Assembly (NCBI GenBank): GCA_043228905.1
Contig: JBHGNT010000003.1
Span: 3,100,001-3,164,000 of the forward strand
Direction of reading: 5' to 3'
Origin: Azolla caroliniana
Taxonomy: Eukaryota > Plantae > Polypodiophyta
Length of the DNA: 64,000 nucleotides
Shown: positions 13,001 to 26,523 of the stretch, in pieces
How positions within the stretch are numbered: the stretch's first letter is position 1
How the letters are laid out: every line of letters begins with the position of its first letter
Translations under genes and position numbers: made by a program
The notes under the pieces: model-generated
Told to the model about the DNA's origin: nothing
Databases searched by the model: none
The model's input: the letters and a program-made list of their open reading frames with translations, nothing else

Positions 13001-14593
13001 TGGCGGTGTGCAGTAAGAATTTCTGTCTATTAAACGACACACTCTATCACAAAGGAGCTGATGGAATTTGGCGAAGAGCAGTTCGACAATTTGAGAAACC
13101 GGTAATTCTCAAAGAATCTCACTATGACATTGCAGGAGGGCATTATGCTGGTGATACTACTGCCCGGAAAATTTGGAACAGTGGGCTATGGTGGTCGATA
13201 GTTATGAAGGATGCAATTGACTACTATCGAAAAAGCAATTTATGTCAAAGGATGGGTCAATTGACTGAAAAAGACAGAATGCCTTTTCAACCGGTCTAAC
13301 CTTTGGAGCCATTCCAAAAATGGGGATTAGACTTTGTCGGCCCATTTAAATCGGCAACAGTAAAGACTAGGAATCGATATATAATAGTCGCCACTGGTTA
13401 TTGTATGATATGGGTAGAGGCTAAACCTCTATGAGACAATACGACAGCCTCAACAACCAAATTCCTCTATGAAACTATATGGTGCCGATTCGGTTGTCCG
13501 ATAGAACTGGTAAGTGACCAAGGTACACACTTCATCAATAAAATGGTACATGAACTATCCACTTACTATGCAGTAGTTCATAAGAAAAATACTCCTTACT
13601 ACCCTCAAACAAATGGATCAGCGGAGTCAACAAATAAAACACTACAGACAATACTAAAAAAGATAGTAAATGAGAATCATATAGATTGGGACCAAAAGCT
13701 TCATAGTGCCTTATGGACGTATCGGATGTCGTACAAAACATCTATCAAATCAACTCCTTTCCGAATGGCTTTCGGTTTAGAAGTCGTAATGCTAGTAGAA
13801 TTTTAGATTCTGACGCTCTGAGTATAGTCAACCGAAAAAATAGATGAACTACAATCAGAAGAAATTCGAAAAGAAGCCTTATTGCTGCTAGAAGAAGAAC
13901 TAATACAGACCATGATAGCCTTGGAACAAAAGCAAAGGCAAACAAAAGCATTTGTAAATCATCACCGACGACAGACCGAAAAATAGTTCGAAATTGGAAA
14001 ACCAGTGTTAGTATTCCAAACCAAAATGGGGTCGATGCCGAGAAAATTACGATTTCGATGGACAGGGCCATATTGGATAATTGACAATAGGAATGGCGGG
14101 TTGGTAATTTGTCAGGAGAAAGATTACCAAAATGGATGAATGGTTTCCGACTCAAACCGTACCATGGAGAGATGACAGTAAATCCCTTCCTTTCTCATGA
14201 CCAGTGACATGGTAGAAGGCCACAAATGTAATTTAAAAAAAAATAGTAACTAACTAATTATTATCTTGGTGAACACTAATTGTCAAAAAAGGGAAATCTT
14301 GGAAAAGTCTTAGATAGACTATAAGTAAAGGGGTAGTGGAGGCATACACAATACACGAGAAGTGCTATCATTATTGCAATTCCTAAACTATTACTTACAT
14401 TAATAGTATCTTTTCCTATTCCCTAGGCATCATGCAATGAGTTATTTCCTTAAAACCTATTTCTGCATCGTTTGTTTCACCATAGAGACAAAAGCATATT
14501 CGTGTTGAAAAGTTTTTTGCTCTTCCTCGCCATAGTCTGAAGCTTTCTTCGCCTCCACCACAAACCTTTGATTCTTCACTCGAAGAAGAAAAC

Positions 14594-15760
14594 ATGCCTA
14601 TTCTTGTTTCTAACAACCTGCGCTAGTGGCTCGTCAACAGAAACCTGCAGGGTTTCATCAAGGTTGCTGAAGCAGAACCTCATCCTCGGGCTGTAGAACC
14701 TTTGCAGCATATCGACGTCTCTAAAATCACTAATAAACAAGTACGTCGTGCTTTGGAATTAAAATGGGAAGGTTTCGATGCTTCCAAAAAATGGACAAGG
14801 ACCCGATCCAAGAAACTCGAGGATTGGTTACAATTAGCAAGGATAGAAGTCGGCAAATGGCTAGATGCAAAGGATGATTTGATTCAGAGGCTGCACCGAC
14901 AGTTAGCTCAACAATAGGAACAAATGTGCCAACATGTCAAGCAGGTAGAGGAGCTCGAAGAGTATGTCCAAGTGTAAGAGACATACTTCGCGGAACAACT
15001 AGTCGGAAAGGAAACCTTGTTTACCGAATTGACCAAAAAATATGGTCGGGAACATGACGAATGGGCAACAACTAGATCGAATCTGGAAAAGCAGTCTCTG
15101 AACAATGACGACTTGACCTATTAGTCGCTCAAGCAAAACTGATGCAGTCGGAAGGTGCAACCAATGGCCAAATCAATGATTTACGGAAGGCATTGGCAGA
15201 AGCACAGTACAAGATGAGTATGGGCGAAGAGAAAATACGAGCTATCTTGAAACACCATAAACTCAACACCCTAAAGATGGTCACCGAATCTATGGATAAG
15301 GGATGGAAAACCTGGTCCACACAAGCAACCGAACTTCAACTACTCTGAGCCGACAACGACAATAGGAAAGCACAAGGACAAGGCTTTTGTAAAATGTCGG
15401 AGGAAGCAATATCGACAGTTCAAGAAGATATTGCTAAGGACTTGTATGACATGGCCGCTTGCCACTATGAAGAAGATAGTCGACTCATGCAGGAATTCGA
15501 CAGACATGAGATCGACACAATTGTCTAGGTAGACGCATATGAAGCCGAGAGACAAAGCCAAACTCCAGGCCTCGGTGCACCACAACCAGTAGCATTGCCA
15601 CCACCACCATCGATCGAGGAACCACGTCAACATGCAGATCCAGGCAACTATGATGACAATGACAACGACGATGCACAACATGAACCATCTTTATTTGTCA
15701 TTTTGCAGGACGATGCGGAGGATGAGTTAGACGAAGACCTTCCCGCCGACCAACAGGCAT
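14594..15760 (+). pseudogene. eORF of element C, internally deleted and with stops
   Basis: MPILVSNNLR*WLVNRNLQGFIKVAEAEPHPRA..KITNKQVRRALEL matches the N-terminus of the 5158 and 62648 ORFs; coiled-coil-like pieces follow. Confidence 0.7.
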
Positions 15761-15813
15761 GAAGGGGTACCGTTGGTTCGCCGGGCAAGGCCTTGGTCCA
15801 CGGGCGTGCCAAG

Positions 15814-16303
15814 TGTTACCCGGACGTAGGGGTCGGACGGACAGAGTGGGAAAGCGTCAGAGTGGAAGCGACGAAGTCGGAGGTTCGGAGTCGAAATCGA
15901 AGTCGGATCGACAACGAGGATCGATGAATCAACAATTGTAACGAATAGTTAATATCGAAAAATATAGTTGGTTACAAGTTTTGTAGATCTTGGTGTATGT
16001 ATTTCTTGATGAGAAAGTCCTTCCGGTTGCCTATAAAAAGGAACCGAAGGCATTGTAAAATCTATCCTTTATTTAGTAATATAAAGTTTAGTTTAGGAAA
16101 GTCTCTATGTGCAAACTTCTTAATTGCTGATTAATCTATTTCCTTGCTGCTATAACTGTATTACGTAAGTAACGATCTTGATGTCTATGTAACATTGATA
16201 GCATTACACTAATTTAGCATCCATTTGTACACCACAATTTGTTGGTAGAACGTTCAAACTCTACTATGTGCCGGAAACAAAATCGGTTGTCGGCTAAATA
16301 ACA
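15814..16303 (+). repeat. 3' LTR of element C
   Basis: TGTTA...TAACA termini; CCTATAAAAAGG..CATTGTAA layout mirrors the LTR at 55931-56349. Confidence 0.65.
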
Positions 16304-17220
16304 ATCTCTTGACTACGGCGAGACTTTGTTTTGTGGTGGGTCAACTCTTGTAATGAGCGCGCCAGCACTAGGTACAACTTGACGCCATGGTGGTGGTATG
16401 GGACGCCGATCGAGGCTCGAGTCCGTCTCGATCACTTCGCTGGGGGGTGGTCGGGGTGGATCGACACCGTTCTTTCTCTCTCTCATTTCTATCTATCTAT
16501 CTTTTATCCTTATCATATGCTTACATTAGATCATATCTCTAACACTAATGGCTTTCATTAACCTTGAGGAACATCAATTTTTCCTATCAGAGCTTGAATG
16601 CTTGAAAGGCAAGTTTGTGGCTCTTGAACAAGAGAATCAACGTCTACTTGGAGATCTACAACAAGTCACAATGGAAAAGTGACAACAAGATGAAGAATTG
16701 ACACAATGAGTATGACAATATGCGAAGCTAGTTCAACAATTAGAGACGGCGCTAGCTTCCTCACAACAACAAGCAGGTGAAACCAAAGACATTTTTAAGA
16801 ACCTAAGATAATCCTTCCAACAAGGTTTGATGCACCCAACACGTTATCCAACTCAGGCATCCCGAGTGGGACTATTAGGCACTTTATTAAGAGATTTAGC
16901 ATTTCCTTTGTTTGCACCATTATTAGAATAAAAATCTTCATTGTTACATGATTTTGAAGCTTTTATTGAGGAATTCAAAGCATGTTTTGGAGATACGGAT
17001 AGTGTAAGGACAACCATCAATAAGATTCGTTGGCTATGACAAGGGGATCATCCAGCTTCCGCAATAGTCATTGATGGATTCCCTATTACTTTTGGAGACC
17101 GAGCCCATACGAGTAGTCTTTAGATGATTTGGCATGTGTTAAATCCTTCAATATTATTAGTAGTCCAAAGCAACTGGTCGTCCTAGGCTTAGCTTGCTTC
17201 TATGTACAAACAATTGTGAA
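16304..17220 (+). mobile_element. Ty3/gypsy relic: partial LTR (same family as the 45732-46345 insertion) followed by gag/protease fragments
   Basis: 16304-~16540 matches the reverse complement of ~45900-46125. Downstream DFEAFIEEFKACFGDTDSVRTTINKIR is retrotransposon-gag-like. Confidence 0.65.
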
Positions 17221-18029
17221 TAACGTAATATTAATAAGTACGAGATAAGATTTCTTTTATTAGTACTTAAAGGCCCTCGAAAGGAGGGTAGGAATAATAG
17301 GACATGTATCTGGTGTGTTGTGTGTTGTGTGGGATCTTTGAACCAGTCTATCCATATTTTTGGGTGTTAACAATCAACTCTCTATCTTTTGTGTCTGGGA
17401 AGGTGTAGTTTCTTTCCTCTTCCGGTCTGCACTTACCAACTTGTGTCTACAAGCCCACGTGCTCATCTTCCGGAATCCGGTGATGGAGCCAATTCCGATA
17501 CAGTTCTACAAGCCCGATTCCCGCTCATTCTTAAGCTCCTTGGTCTGAGATCCCTAAAGATCCTGCCTGAGCCGGCCTGCAAGCCATGGATTTCCTCAAC
17601 AACGGATAGATAATATGTACAAGAGACTAGAAGATAATCAAATGGATGAGTTTATTAATTGAAATACTTCGTAACTGGTGTTGTTCACCTGGATTATAAT
17701 CTAGGTGAACACACACATTTATACAAGTTCTAAGATTGAATATCTCTAGAATATACATGTGAGAAATATCTCTAGAATATACCCTAGAATATTTCTAGAA
17801 TATACTAAAGACTAGAATATTCTGAATGTATTATATGCTTAGAGACTATACAATATTAAACCATATACAAGTTCACATGTAACTTAAGGGTTTAAATATG
17901 GTTTATCTAACACTATGTATTGGTTGTGTTATAGGTTAGAGGTTCAAGTTTAGAATGTGTCAGTACTACACAGTGTCTGACACATACATGAGCTCACAAG
18001 ACTGTTAATCTTAGTTGGATGAAGACGAC

Positions 18030-18900
18030 ATCCCTGTCGGCTTGTTGTCTGGATGGTGGACACTCCACAAGGGGAACCTCCTGTTTGCTTGAGGACCAAA
18101 GGTGCATTCACTATACCTATTGTACACCACTCTTAGAGAAGGTGAGTTGTTCTTGGTAGCTATCCTAGTGTCATCTCTAAGGCAGAATCGACTCAACCAC
18201 CTAAGCAAAGCTAGCATAACGCATTTATCTAGAGTTAACTACATTCCCAAGCTCTCATACTCCAACCATTAGTTTTGCAAGCACTGCCAGTACGGCAAAC
18301 AAACAGTCACAGTGAATTCACATCCAACCAGAGTGTCGAGAGAGTTGAGCCCACTTGACTTGGTCCATTCACACATATGTGGCTTGATGCTACATCAGTC
18401 TCTCGGTGGTGCATCGTACTTCTTAACATTTATTGACAATGTGACCAAAAAGGTGTTGGCATATCCAACCAGTCCAAAGATCGGGTGTTCACGATCTTTT
18501 CACAATGGCTCGCCATGGTCGAGAACTAAACCAGCTCAAAGCTAAAATGCTCGTGGTTGGATAATGGTGGAGAATTTAAATCGGATGAATTTGTCAGATT
18601 TTGCTAATAACAAGACATCAAATGAGAGGATACGGCCCCCTATAGTCCGAAATAGAACAATGTTGGATAAAGATTGAATCAAACAATTTAGGAACGAGTT
18701 GTCATTATGCTGCAACATGCCGAACATTCGAATAGTTTCTCGGCAAAGGTGCTACTCACTATCATGCACATAATCATTATGTCATCGAGTAGGCCTTGAG
18801 GACTTCAAATTCCTTCAAGAGCTTTGGAGCACCAAGAAGCTGAATTATGAGAAGCTACGGATTTTTGGTTGTGAAGCATTCACCCTTGTGCCAAAACGAG
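18030..18900 (+). mobile_element. Ty1/copia integrase fragment, decayed
   Basis: CKHCQYGKQ..LDLVHSHICG..SLGGASYFLTFIDN..DNGGEF..LRIFGC motifs with stops and frameshifts. Confidence 0.8.
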
Positions 18901-19104
18901 GGGATATGCATCCCTCTCACTCTTAGAGATACAATGCCACTAGGCATACTTTCAAGAGCCAAGAACTAAGGGGTGGCTCTTCGACTCATTATTGAGTCCT
19001 TCCCTCATGTATGCATTAGAATATCTCATCAAGCTTTTCAGGCATCTCGATCACTCTATAAGTTCGAAGATGATTAGGCACACTTTTATTTATTTATATT
19101 TTCG

Positions 19105-22100
19105 ATGATTGGGTACACACCCTATTTTGTTGTAAACCAATTATCTCATGGGACAGTTTTGGTATTAGAAGGTGTTAATATATCTTTCTTTCTAAACGTC
19201 TATCTACCTCATCCCTTCAGAGCTTCCCCTCTCCAAAATTCTCTAAAGATTTTGTTGGCCAAAAGTCACCTTCACCTATCGCCTAGTGGTATCCATCCAA
19301 CACGAATCCATGTCGATGATGAATAGTAGGTAGCTCCAACATTTCTGCTTTCAATTTCATCCACAACTTCTATCATGCAATCACGAAACTGGGCCTAGCA
19401 CAACGTCATTTATTATTGTTTTTTTTTTTTCATGATTGGGTATACACCCCATTTTGTTGCAAACCAAATGTCTCATGGGACAATTTTGGTATTAGAAGAT
19501 GTTAGTATATCTTTCTTTCTCAACTTCTATCTACATCATCCCTTTGTCTCCATTCATTGGTTGCCCAAATCATGATAGTGCATGCACCTATCATTCCTTC
19601 TATCCAATCACATTAGCCAACTTTTTAACATTAGTGAAGACACCCTTCACTAATGTAAATATTAGTGACCTACCCTCACCAACGTTATGTGTACATAACA
19701 ATCATGGCCATGGAAAGGGTTGTTGAATACATGCTTAAGGTTCAAAAAAGTCCTCCACATCAACTTCCTCGAATTGCATGGGAAGCAAGCAAAAATATCC
19801 AAACGATGCAGAAAACCAAAATTGTGTTCTGATGGGATGCAAGATACGGAAAAATGGTTTGGTAGATGGGATGCAAGATACTTACTTCATGATGCATCAC
19901 TAGATTCCTCTATAAATAAGGCATTTTTACAACGCCAATGTACGCCCCTTTCCAAAATTCTCTAACGATTGTGTTGCCAAAATTAATCTCCACCTATCGC
20001 CTAGTACCATCCCATCCAACACGAATCCTTATCGATGATGAATAGTAGGTAGCTCCAACATTTCTTTGTTCAATTTCTTCCACAACTTTTGTCATGCCAT
20101 AACGAAACTAGGCCTAGCACAATGGCATTTCCTTTATAGAGTATGTTAAACCATAAGATGTTTTGTAGAATACTACAACTCTTTTATCTAAGTTTTCTTT
20201 TACTTTATTTTTATTTTCAATAATTGGGTACACACCCCCTTTTGTCTCATGGGACAATTTTGGTATTAGAAGATGTTAGTATATCTTTCTTTCTCAACTT
20301 CTATCTACGTCATCCCTTTGGAGCTACTGCCCCTTTCCAAAATTCTCTAATGATTGTGTTGCCAAAATTCACCTCCGCCTATCGCCTAGTACCATCCCAT
20401 CCAACACGAATCCCTATCGATGATGAATAGTAGGTAGCTCCATCATTTCTTTGTTCAATTTCTTCCACAACTTTTGTCATGCCATCACGAAACTAGGCCT
20501 AGCACAATGGCATTTCCTTTATAGAGTATGTTAAACCATAAGATGTTTTGTAGAATACTACAACTCTTTCATCTAAGTTTTCTTTTACTTTATTTTTATT
20601 TTCAACGATTGGGTACACACCCCCTTTTGTCTCATGGGACAATTTTGGTATTAGAAGATGTTAGTATATCTTTCTTTCTCAACTTCTATCTACGTCATCC
20701 CTTTGGAGCTACTGCCCCTTTCCAAAATTCTCTAATGATTGTGTTGCCAAAATTCACCTCCACCTATCGCCTAGTACCATCCCATCCACCACGAATCCCT
20801 ATCGATGATGAATAGTAGGTAGCTCCATCATTTCTTTGTTCAATTTCTTCCACAACTTTTGTCATGCCATCACGAAACTAGGCCTAGCACAATGGCATTT
20901 CCTTTATAGAGTATGTTAAACCATAAGATGTTTTGTAGAATACTACAACTCTTTCATCTAAGTTTTCTTTTACTTTATTTTTATTTTCAACGATTGGGTA
21001 CACACCCCCTTTTGTCTCATGGGACAATTTTGGTATTAGAAGATGTTAGTATATCTTTCTTTCTCAACTTCTATCTACGTCATCCCTTTGGAGCTACTGC
21101 CCCTTTCCAAAATTCTCTAATGATTGTGTTGCCAAAATTCACCTCCACCTATCGCCTAGTACCATCCCATCCAACACGAATCCCTATCGATGATGAATAG
21201 TAGGTAGCTCCATCATTTCTTTGTTCAATTTCTTCCACAACTTTTGTCATGCCATCACGAAACTAGGCCTAGCACAATGGCATTTCCTTTATAGAGTATG
21301 TTAAACCATAAGATGTTTTGTAGAATACTACAACTCTTTCATCTAAGTTTTCTTTTACTTTATTTTTATTTTCAACGATTGGGTACACACCCCCTTTTGT
21401 CTCATGGGACAATTTTGGTATTAGAAGATGTTAGTATATCTTTCTTTCTCAACTTCTATCTACGTCATCCCTTTGGAGCTACTGCCCCTTTCCAAAATTC
21501 TCTAAAGGTTTTGTTGGCCGAGAGTCACCTTCACCTATCTTCTAGTGGTATCCATCCAACACGAATCCATGTCGATGATGAATAGTAGGTAGCTCCAACA
21601 TTTCTGCTTTCAATTTCATCCACAACTTTTGTCATGCAATCACAAAACTGGGCCTAGCACAACGTCATTTATTATTGATTAAATTTATTTTTTTCTCATG
21701 ATTGGGTATACACCCCATTTTGTTGTAAACCAATTGTCTCATGGGACAATTTTGGTATTAGAAGATGTTAGTATATCTTTCTTTCTCAACTTCTATCTAC
21801 CTCATCCCTTTGGAGCTATTGCCCCTTTCCAAAATTCTCTAATGATTGTGTTGCCAAATTTCATCTCCACCTATCGCCTAGTACCATCCCATCCAACACA
21901 AATCCCTAAGAATCTATGACGTCTCGAGCATATGTGGACGTAAGAATCCTGTCATTTTTAAGAGGAAGCACATGCCCCACTCAATTCGAACTAATCAATT
22001 CTTGTATGCTTCTGGATTTGAGAGGTGAAGTCTTTTTTTTTGTGATGGAGAGGGAGCTTTTGAGCCCATGTTGTTAGTGCATTCCTCTCTGTGGACTGAT

Positions 22101-22985
22101 CACAACACCCAACATGAATCCCTATCGATGATGAATAGTAGGTAGCTCCAACATTTCTTCGTTCAATTTCTTCCACAACTTTTGTCATGCCATCACGAAA
22201 CTAGGCCTAGCACAATGGCATTTCCTTTATAGAGTATGTTAAACCATAAGATGTTTTGTAGAATACTACAACTCTTTTATCTAAGTTTTCTTTTACTTTA
22301 TTTTTATTTTCAATGATTGGGTACACACCCCGTTTTGTTGTAAGCTAATTGTCTCATGCGACAATTTCAGTATTAGAAGAGGTTAGTATATCTTTCTTTC
22401 TCAACTTCTATCTACCTCATCCCTTCGGAGCTGGCCTTTCCAAAATTCTCTAAAGATTGTGTCAGCTAAAATTCACCTTCAAGTATTGCCTAGTGGTATC
22501 CTATCCAACACGAATGCCTATCGATGATGAATAGTAGGTAGCTCCAAAATTTCTTCTTTCAATTTCTTCCACAACTTTTGTCATGCCATCACGAAACTAG
22601 GCCTAGCACAATGGCATTTCCTTTATAGAGTATGTTAAACCATAAGATGTTTTGTAGAATACTACAACTCTTTTATCTAAGTTTTCTTTTACTTTATTTT
22701 TATTTTCAATGATTGGGTACACACCCCGTTTTGTTGTAAGCTAATTGTCTCATGCGACAATTTCAGTATTAGAAGAGGTTAGTATATCTTTCTTTCTCAA
22801 CTTCTATCTACCTCATCCCTTCGGAGCTGGCCTTTCCAAAATTCTCTAAAGATTGTGTCAGCTAAAATTCACCTTCAAGTATTGCCTAGTGGTATCCTAT
22901 CCAACACGAATCCCTATCGATGATGAATAGTAGGTAGCTCCAAAATTTCTTCTTTCAATTTCTTCCACAACTTTTGTCATTCCAT
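19105..22985. repeat. Tandem satellite-like array of about 10 full or partial units of ~385-396 bp, with two interrupting inserts (~19546-19940, ~21908-22102)
   Basis: Near-identical ORFs start at 20528, 20913 and 21298 (385-bp period). TTGGGTACACACCCC at 22317 and 22713 (396-bp period). Diverged units at both edges. Confidence 0.95.
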
Positions 22986-23372
22986 CATGACCAAGTTCCG
23001 CATTAAATAGTTTCATTGTTGCCAAGTCTCAAGTGAGTGGATTTCTCATAGTGAAGGACATACGAACATAATATTCTCTCATATGAACACAATGTCTTGT
23101 CTTCCTTTGTTTATATGCCAAGATTCCCTAGGGTATTGTTTCTTTATATATAGTCTATATCTCATAATCATTCATCAAATCTGATTTATTCTTCTGGAGA
23201 CCTTTTATAGCTTCTTCTCTTTCTCTTTCTCTTCTCTATCTACATTTTGTCTGCATCAGAATATTGTTTTTGTTTTTGTTTCATCCATCCCTGCGTTTGG
23301 CTGCACCATCACGGATCCCCAGGAAAGCAACTAGAGTTTGTGGTCACAGAAGAAGAAGAAGTTTAAGAGAAT

Positions 23373-24790
23373 ATGAACAAGGAAATCAACCTTACACGTC
23401 AAATGGATCGATCCAAATCCTTTTCTGAAGAAGAAGACGAATGGAGAGAACAGATGACAATCATTATCAATAGCCATACTGATGCTGTATCCAATGAAAG
23501 ATCGAAGATTTCGAAGCCTCCGGAAGCATTAATGAATGGCAAGACAGAGCCATATTCCCCTAAGGAAGTGACCATCGGTCCATTGTATCAAGAGCTTGGT
23601 GTTAGCTCTCCCCTTTATTCATGTAAGGCATTGTGTTTGAAAAATTTCATGGGAGCACATGCCATATCAGATGTGGAAGAGCTCAGGAAACGCCTCTTCA
23701 ATGACCCTTCTGATCTTCAAAATCATTATTCGGGCCTTCCCAATTACAGATCTGAGTTCCTCCAACTTTTAGTCACTGTGGATACCATCTTCATTCGTGA
23801 ATTCTTGCAGTTTATACAGTTGGAAGGGGATTCCATACTCGAGGAACACACCCAGTTCTACAAAATTTGCAACAATAACATCACATTCAAACAAGCAGTC
23901 AGGGACTTGTTTGTGATGGGCAACCAGATTCCCATGTCATTTCTAACGAAGCTGATTAAAGAGTTTCCAAAGAAACACGTCTCGGAGAGGGATGAACTAA
24001 ATGAAGGATTGAATGCTGCTGTTGCAATAATTGATCCATTCTCTACCAGCCAGAATTCATTTAAAAGTGGGAAATTTGATACTCGCACTCATCTACTTGA
24101 TTGCCTATATGTTTGGGTAATCAGAGAAGAATCCCCAAAGAATGCGACCGAAGACATGAATCCTTGCAGATTCCCACCATTGATATTGGATCTTTTCGGG
24201 ATGAAACAAGAGCATCAAAAGAAAAATCGTTTCCGCAATCGCCTGCCAACGGCTTCTCAGCTCTCCAAAGCTGGCATCGTGTTCAAGGCGATTGAAGATG
24301 TTGGCATTTCAGACATTCACTACCACAAGGCAATGCTTCAGCTCGATCTTCCACGGCTGTAGTGAAAAATCGAACGGAGGCAATACTGAGGAACCTCCTT
24401 GCCTATGAACAACACTCCAAAGATGGGGGTCAGCTCACTAATTATGTGGTCATCATGGACTCGCTCATCGACACAGCGGAGGATGTAGCGATCTTGACAA
24501 AGGCGCAGGTGATAGAGAATCACTTGGGGAGTGATGATAAGTTGATCGAGATGTGGAACAACATGTGCACCTATATCCACATTCAAAAATGTGAGAAACG
24601 CGAAAAGATGACACAGGATGTACTTGACGACTACGAGAATGGCGGGCGTGCCATGTACATGGAGTTTCGCGAGAAGTATTTTTCTCGGCCATGGCTAACG
24701 ATGTCCCTGCTTGCCGCATTTGTGCTTCTCCTATTTTCATTACTCCAGACAGGCTACACAGTCGCAGGCTATTACCATTCTGAACCCTAA
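23373..24790 (+). pseudogene. DUF247 (UPF0481) family gene, intronless, single frameshift at ~24358
   Basis: KPPEAL..YSPKEVTIGPLY; RDLFVMGNQIP; HLLDCL; LPTASQLSKAGIVF; LRNLLAYEQ; YVVIMDSLIDTAEDVAIL; YFSRPW plus a C-terminal hydrophobic helix. ORFs 23373-24362 and 24362-24790 join by adding 1 nt. Confidence 0.9.
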
Positions 24791-24903
24791 ATTCACCACC
24801 TGACCTTCATCATCGAAACCTTAAGGGAAAAGACTGCAGGCTATTACCATTCTTAGCCCTAAATTCACCACCCTACCTTCATCATCGAAACCTTAAGGGA
24901 AAA
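24763..24903. repeat. Local ~72-bp tandem duplication spanning the DUF247 stop codon
   Basis: GCAGGCTATTACCATTCT..CCCTAAATTCACCACC..CTTCATCATCGAAACCTTAAGGGAAAA occurs twice. Confidence 0.85.
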
Positions 24904-25399
24904 ATTATCTGGAAGCTTTGTTATGTTATTTTTCATTCATTTGGGATTTCATTGTACGTTATTTCTCTTATTTTTCTATTGGGAGCTCATAAGTTATTTA
25001 ACTCTTAGGAAGATGTACCAAGTAGTAGCAAAAGTTAAATGATAGAAGAAGTTAAATAAGTCACAAGAAATAAGGGAAGAGTGTATGGACATGGTAGTTG
25101 TAATCCCATATTGCAGTTATATATGATAATTAATTGGTAATTAGTGTATTATTGAGTATTTGGTTACCATCGTAGGAGTCATGAGTTTTTGGCTTGCAAT
25201 CAATCATCTGATTCTCAAAACTTTTGAAGAATATCCACAAGTTTTCATAGTGTCAAGGTTTGTTAGAGCTCCTTCTATACTATTACAAGTTACCTGGATT
25301 CCAAGACTAATTTTCGAGAGGTCCAACATCTTTCACGGGGAAATCCTCCTTTAATTGATTGATTGTCTTTCATTATGAAGCTCTTTAATTGGAAGCAAT

Positions 25400-25860
25400 T
25401 GGCAAATCATCAACATAAACACCAATAACTACATACATATAGCCGTCCATATCAATAGAGATATTTGGCTCGGGTTGAAGACATTGAAGCTAAAGGAAAC
25501 ACGATAAGTATGTAATTTAAAATGCCACATATGTAGAGATTGTTTTAGACAATATAATGATTTGTGATGTCTGCAAACATAATATGGGAATTGTGGATTT
25601 AAAAAATGTGTTGGTTGCTCCATATAAATCTTGTCATGCACTTCTTCATGTAGAAAATTGGTTTCAATGTCAAGGTGATGGAGTTTGAGGTTAAGGTAGC
25701 TGCGGATGTAGGTAGAGAACACTACAAGTAGAGTCACCATCTTTAAGGTAGGTGCAAATGTATCTTTAAAATCTATGCCCGAAATTTATGAAAATCCTGT
25801 ACCAACAACACGTGCCTTAAATCAAACCATAATGCCAAGGGAGTCAGTTTTCTTGGTGAG
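25400..25860 (-). mobile_element. Ty1/copia reverse transcriptase fragment
   Basis: LKLHHLDIETNFLHEEVHDKIYMEQP..VCRHHKSLYCLKQS..W (RVT_2-like). Confidence 0.8.
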
Positions 25861-26220
25861 CACATAACCTTGAATAATATTTCTAGACGGATGACTCACA
25901 AAAATCATTAGTAACTAATTGTTACTAGAGAAATAGTGACCAGATATCATATTGCCATAGATTTCATCAATCATGAAAGTTTGTGAATAATTGGATTTAA
26001 TTTGAAAATAGTCATGCATTTAAGATAACGATCTTTTAAATTCTTTTGTAATGCATGATATTAGTAACTATGTTGGGTTATTACGATGTTGGATACTGAT
26101 TTAGGATAATCATCAAATTATTAAATAACCCCGTTCACTATTACCATGATTGAGACAAAGATGGCACATAATCTAAGAGGAAGGTTGTTTGGATAAAACA
26201 TCAAGGGTGACACTCAACAT
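25535..26220. repeat. ~690-bp dispersed direct duplication (second copy 38161-38840)
   Basis: Colinear match from AGAGATTGTTTTAGACAATATAATGATTTGTGATG to ..CATCAAGG.TGACACTCAACA. Confidence 0.9.
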
Positions 26221-26401
26221 GCAAAAAAACAATGTTTGGAGTTTCATGGCATGTGGAAAAAAACAAGGGTAATTACGTCTAATTATATATTGTTTATTGA
26301 ACTAAGCATTACATGGGAAATGTTCTAAGTGAAACTATATGGTATATAATGAACCGCTATCATGATGTTTTCGTCGCATAGAGTGAAACCACCATGGATA
26401 G

Positions 26402-26450
26402 AATAATAATAATAATAATAATAACAATAATAATAATAATAATAATAATA
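26402..26450. repeat. (AAT)n microsatellite
   Basis: Direct reading; one AAC interruption. Confidence 0.95.
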
Positions 26451-26523
26451 CCAATAAGCTAAACATGCCACAAAGATGAGATCATGCAAGGCAAGATTTG
26501 AACCTTGCGCCTTCAAGGAATAA

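Larger units (their letters stand above)
10062..16303 (+). mobile_element. Ty3/gypsy element C (non-chromovirus), decayed: gag 3' end, PR-RT-RH-INT, eORF, 3' LTR
   Basis: Protease IVDGGSGVNVI; RT FLDGFSGYNQ..MMFGLKTAP..FLDD; RNase H VFVDA..YYASRKL..EAL..HVDH; integrase zinc finger and core, GPY-type end. Many stops. Colinear with the intact pol at 58390-62271. Confidence 0.92.

Noticed and set aside
17370-17912. Possible copia solo LTR on the minus strand
   Set aside because: Composition is suggestive, but matching termini and a TSD could not be identified.
19105-22985. Array as a CRISPR locus or as repeated small protein genes (95-aa ORFs at 20528, 20913, 21298)
   Set aside because: Units are ~385-396 bp with no unique spacers and no cas genes. 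The plus-strand ORFs are antisense to a decayed gag-like frame and are not preserved in all units.
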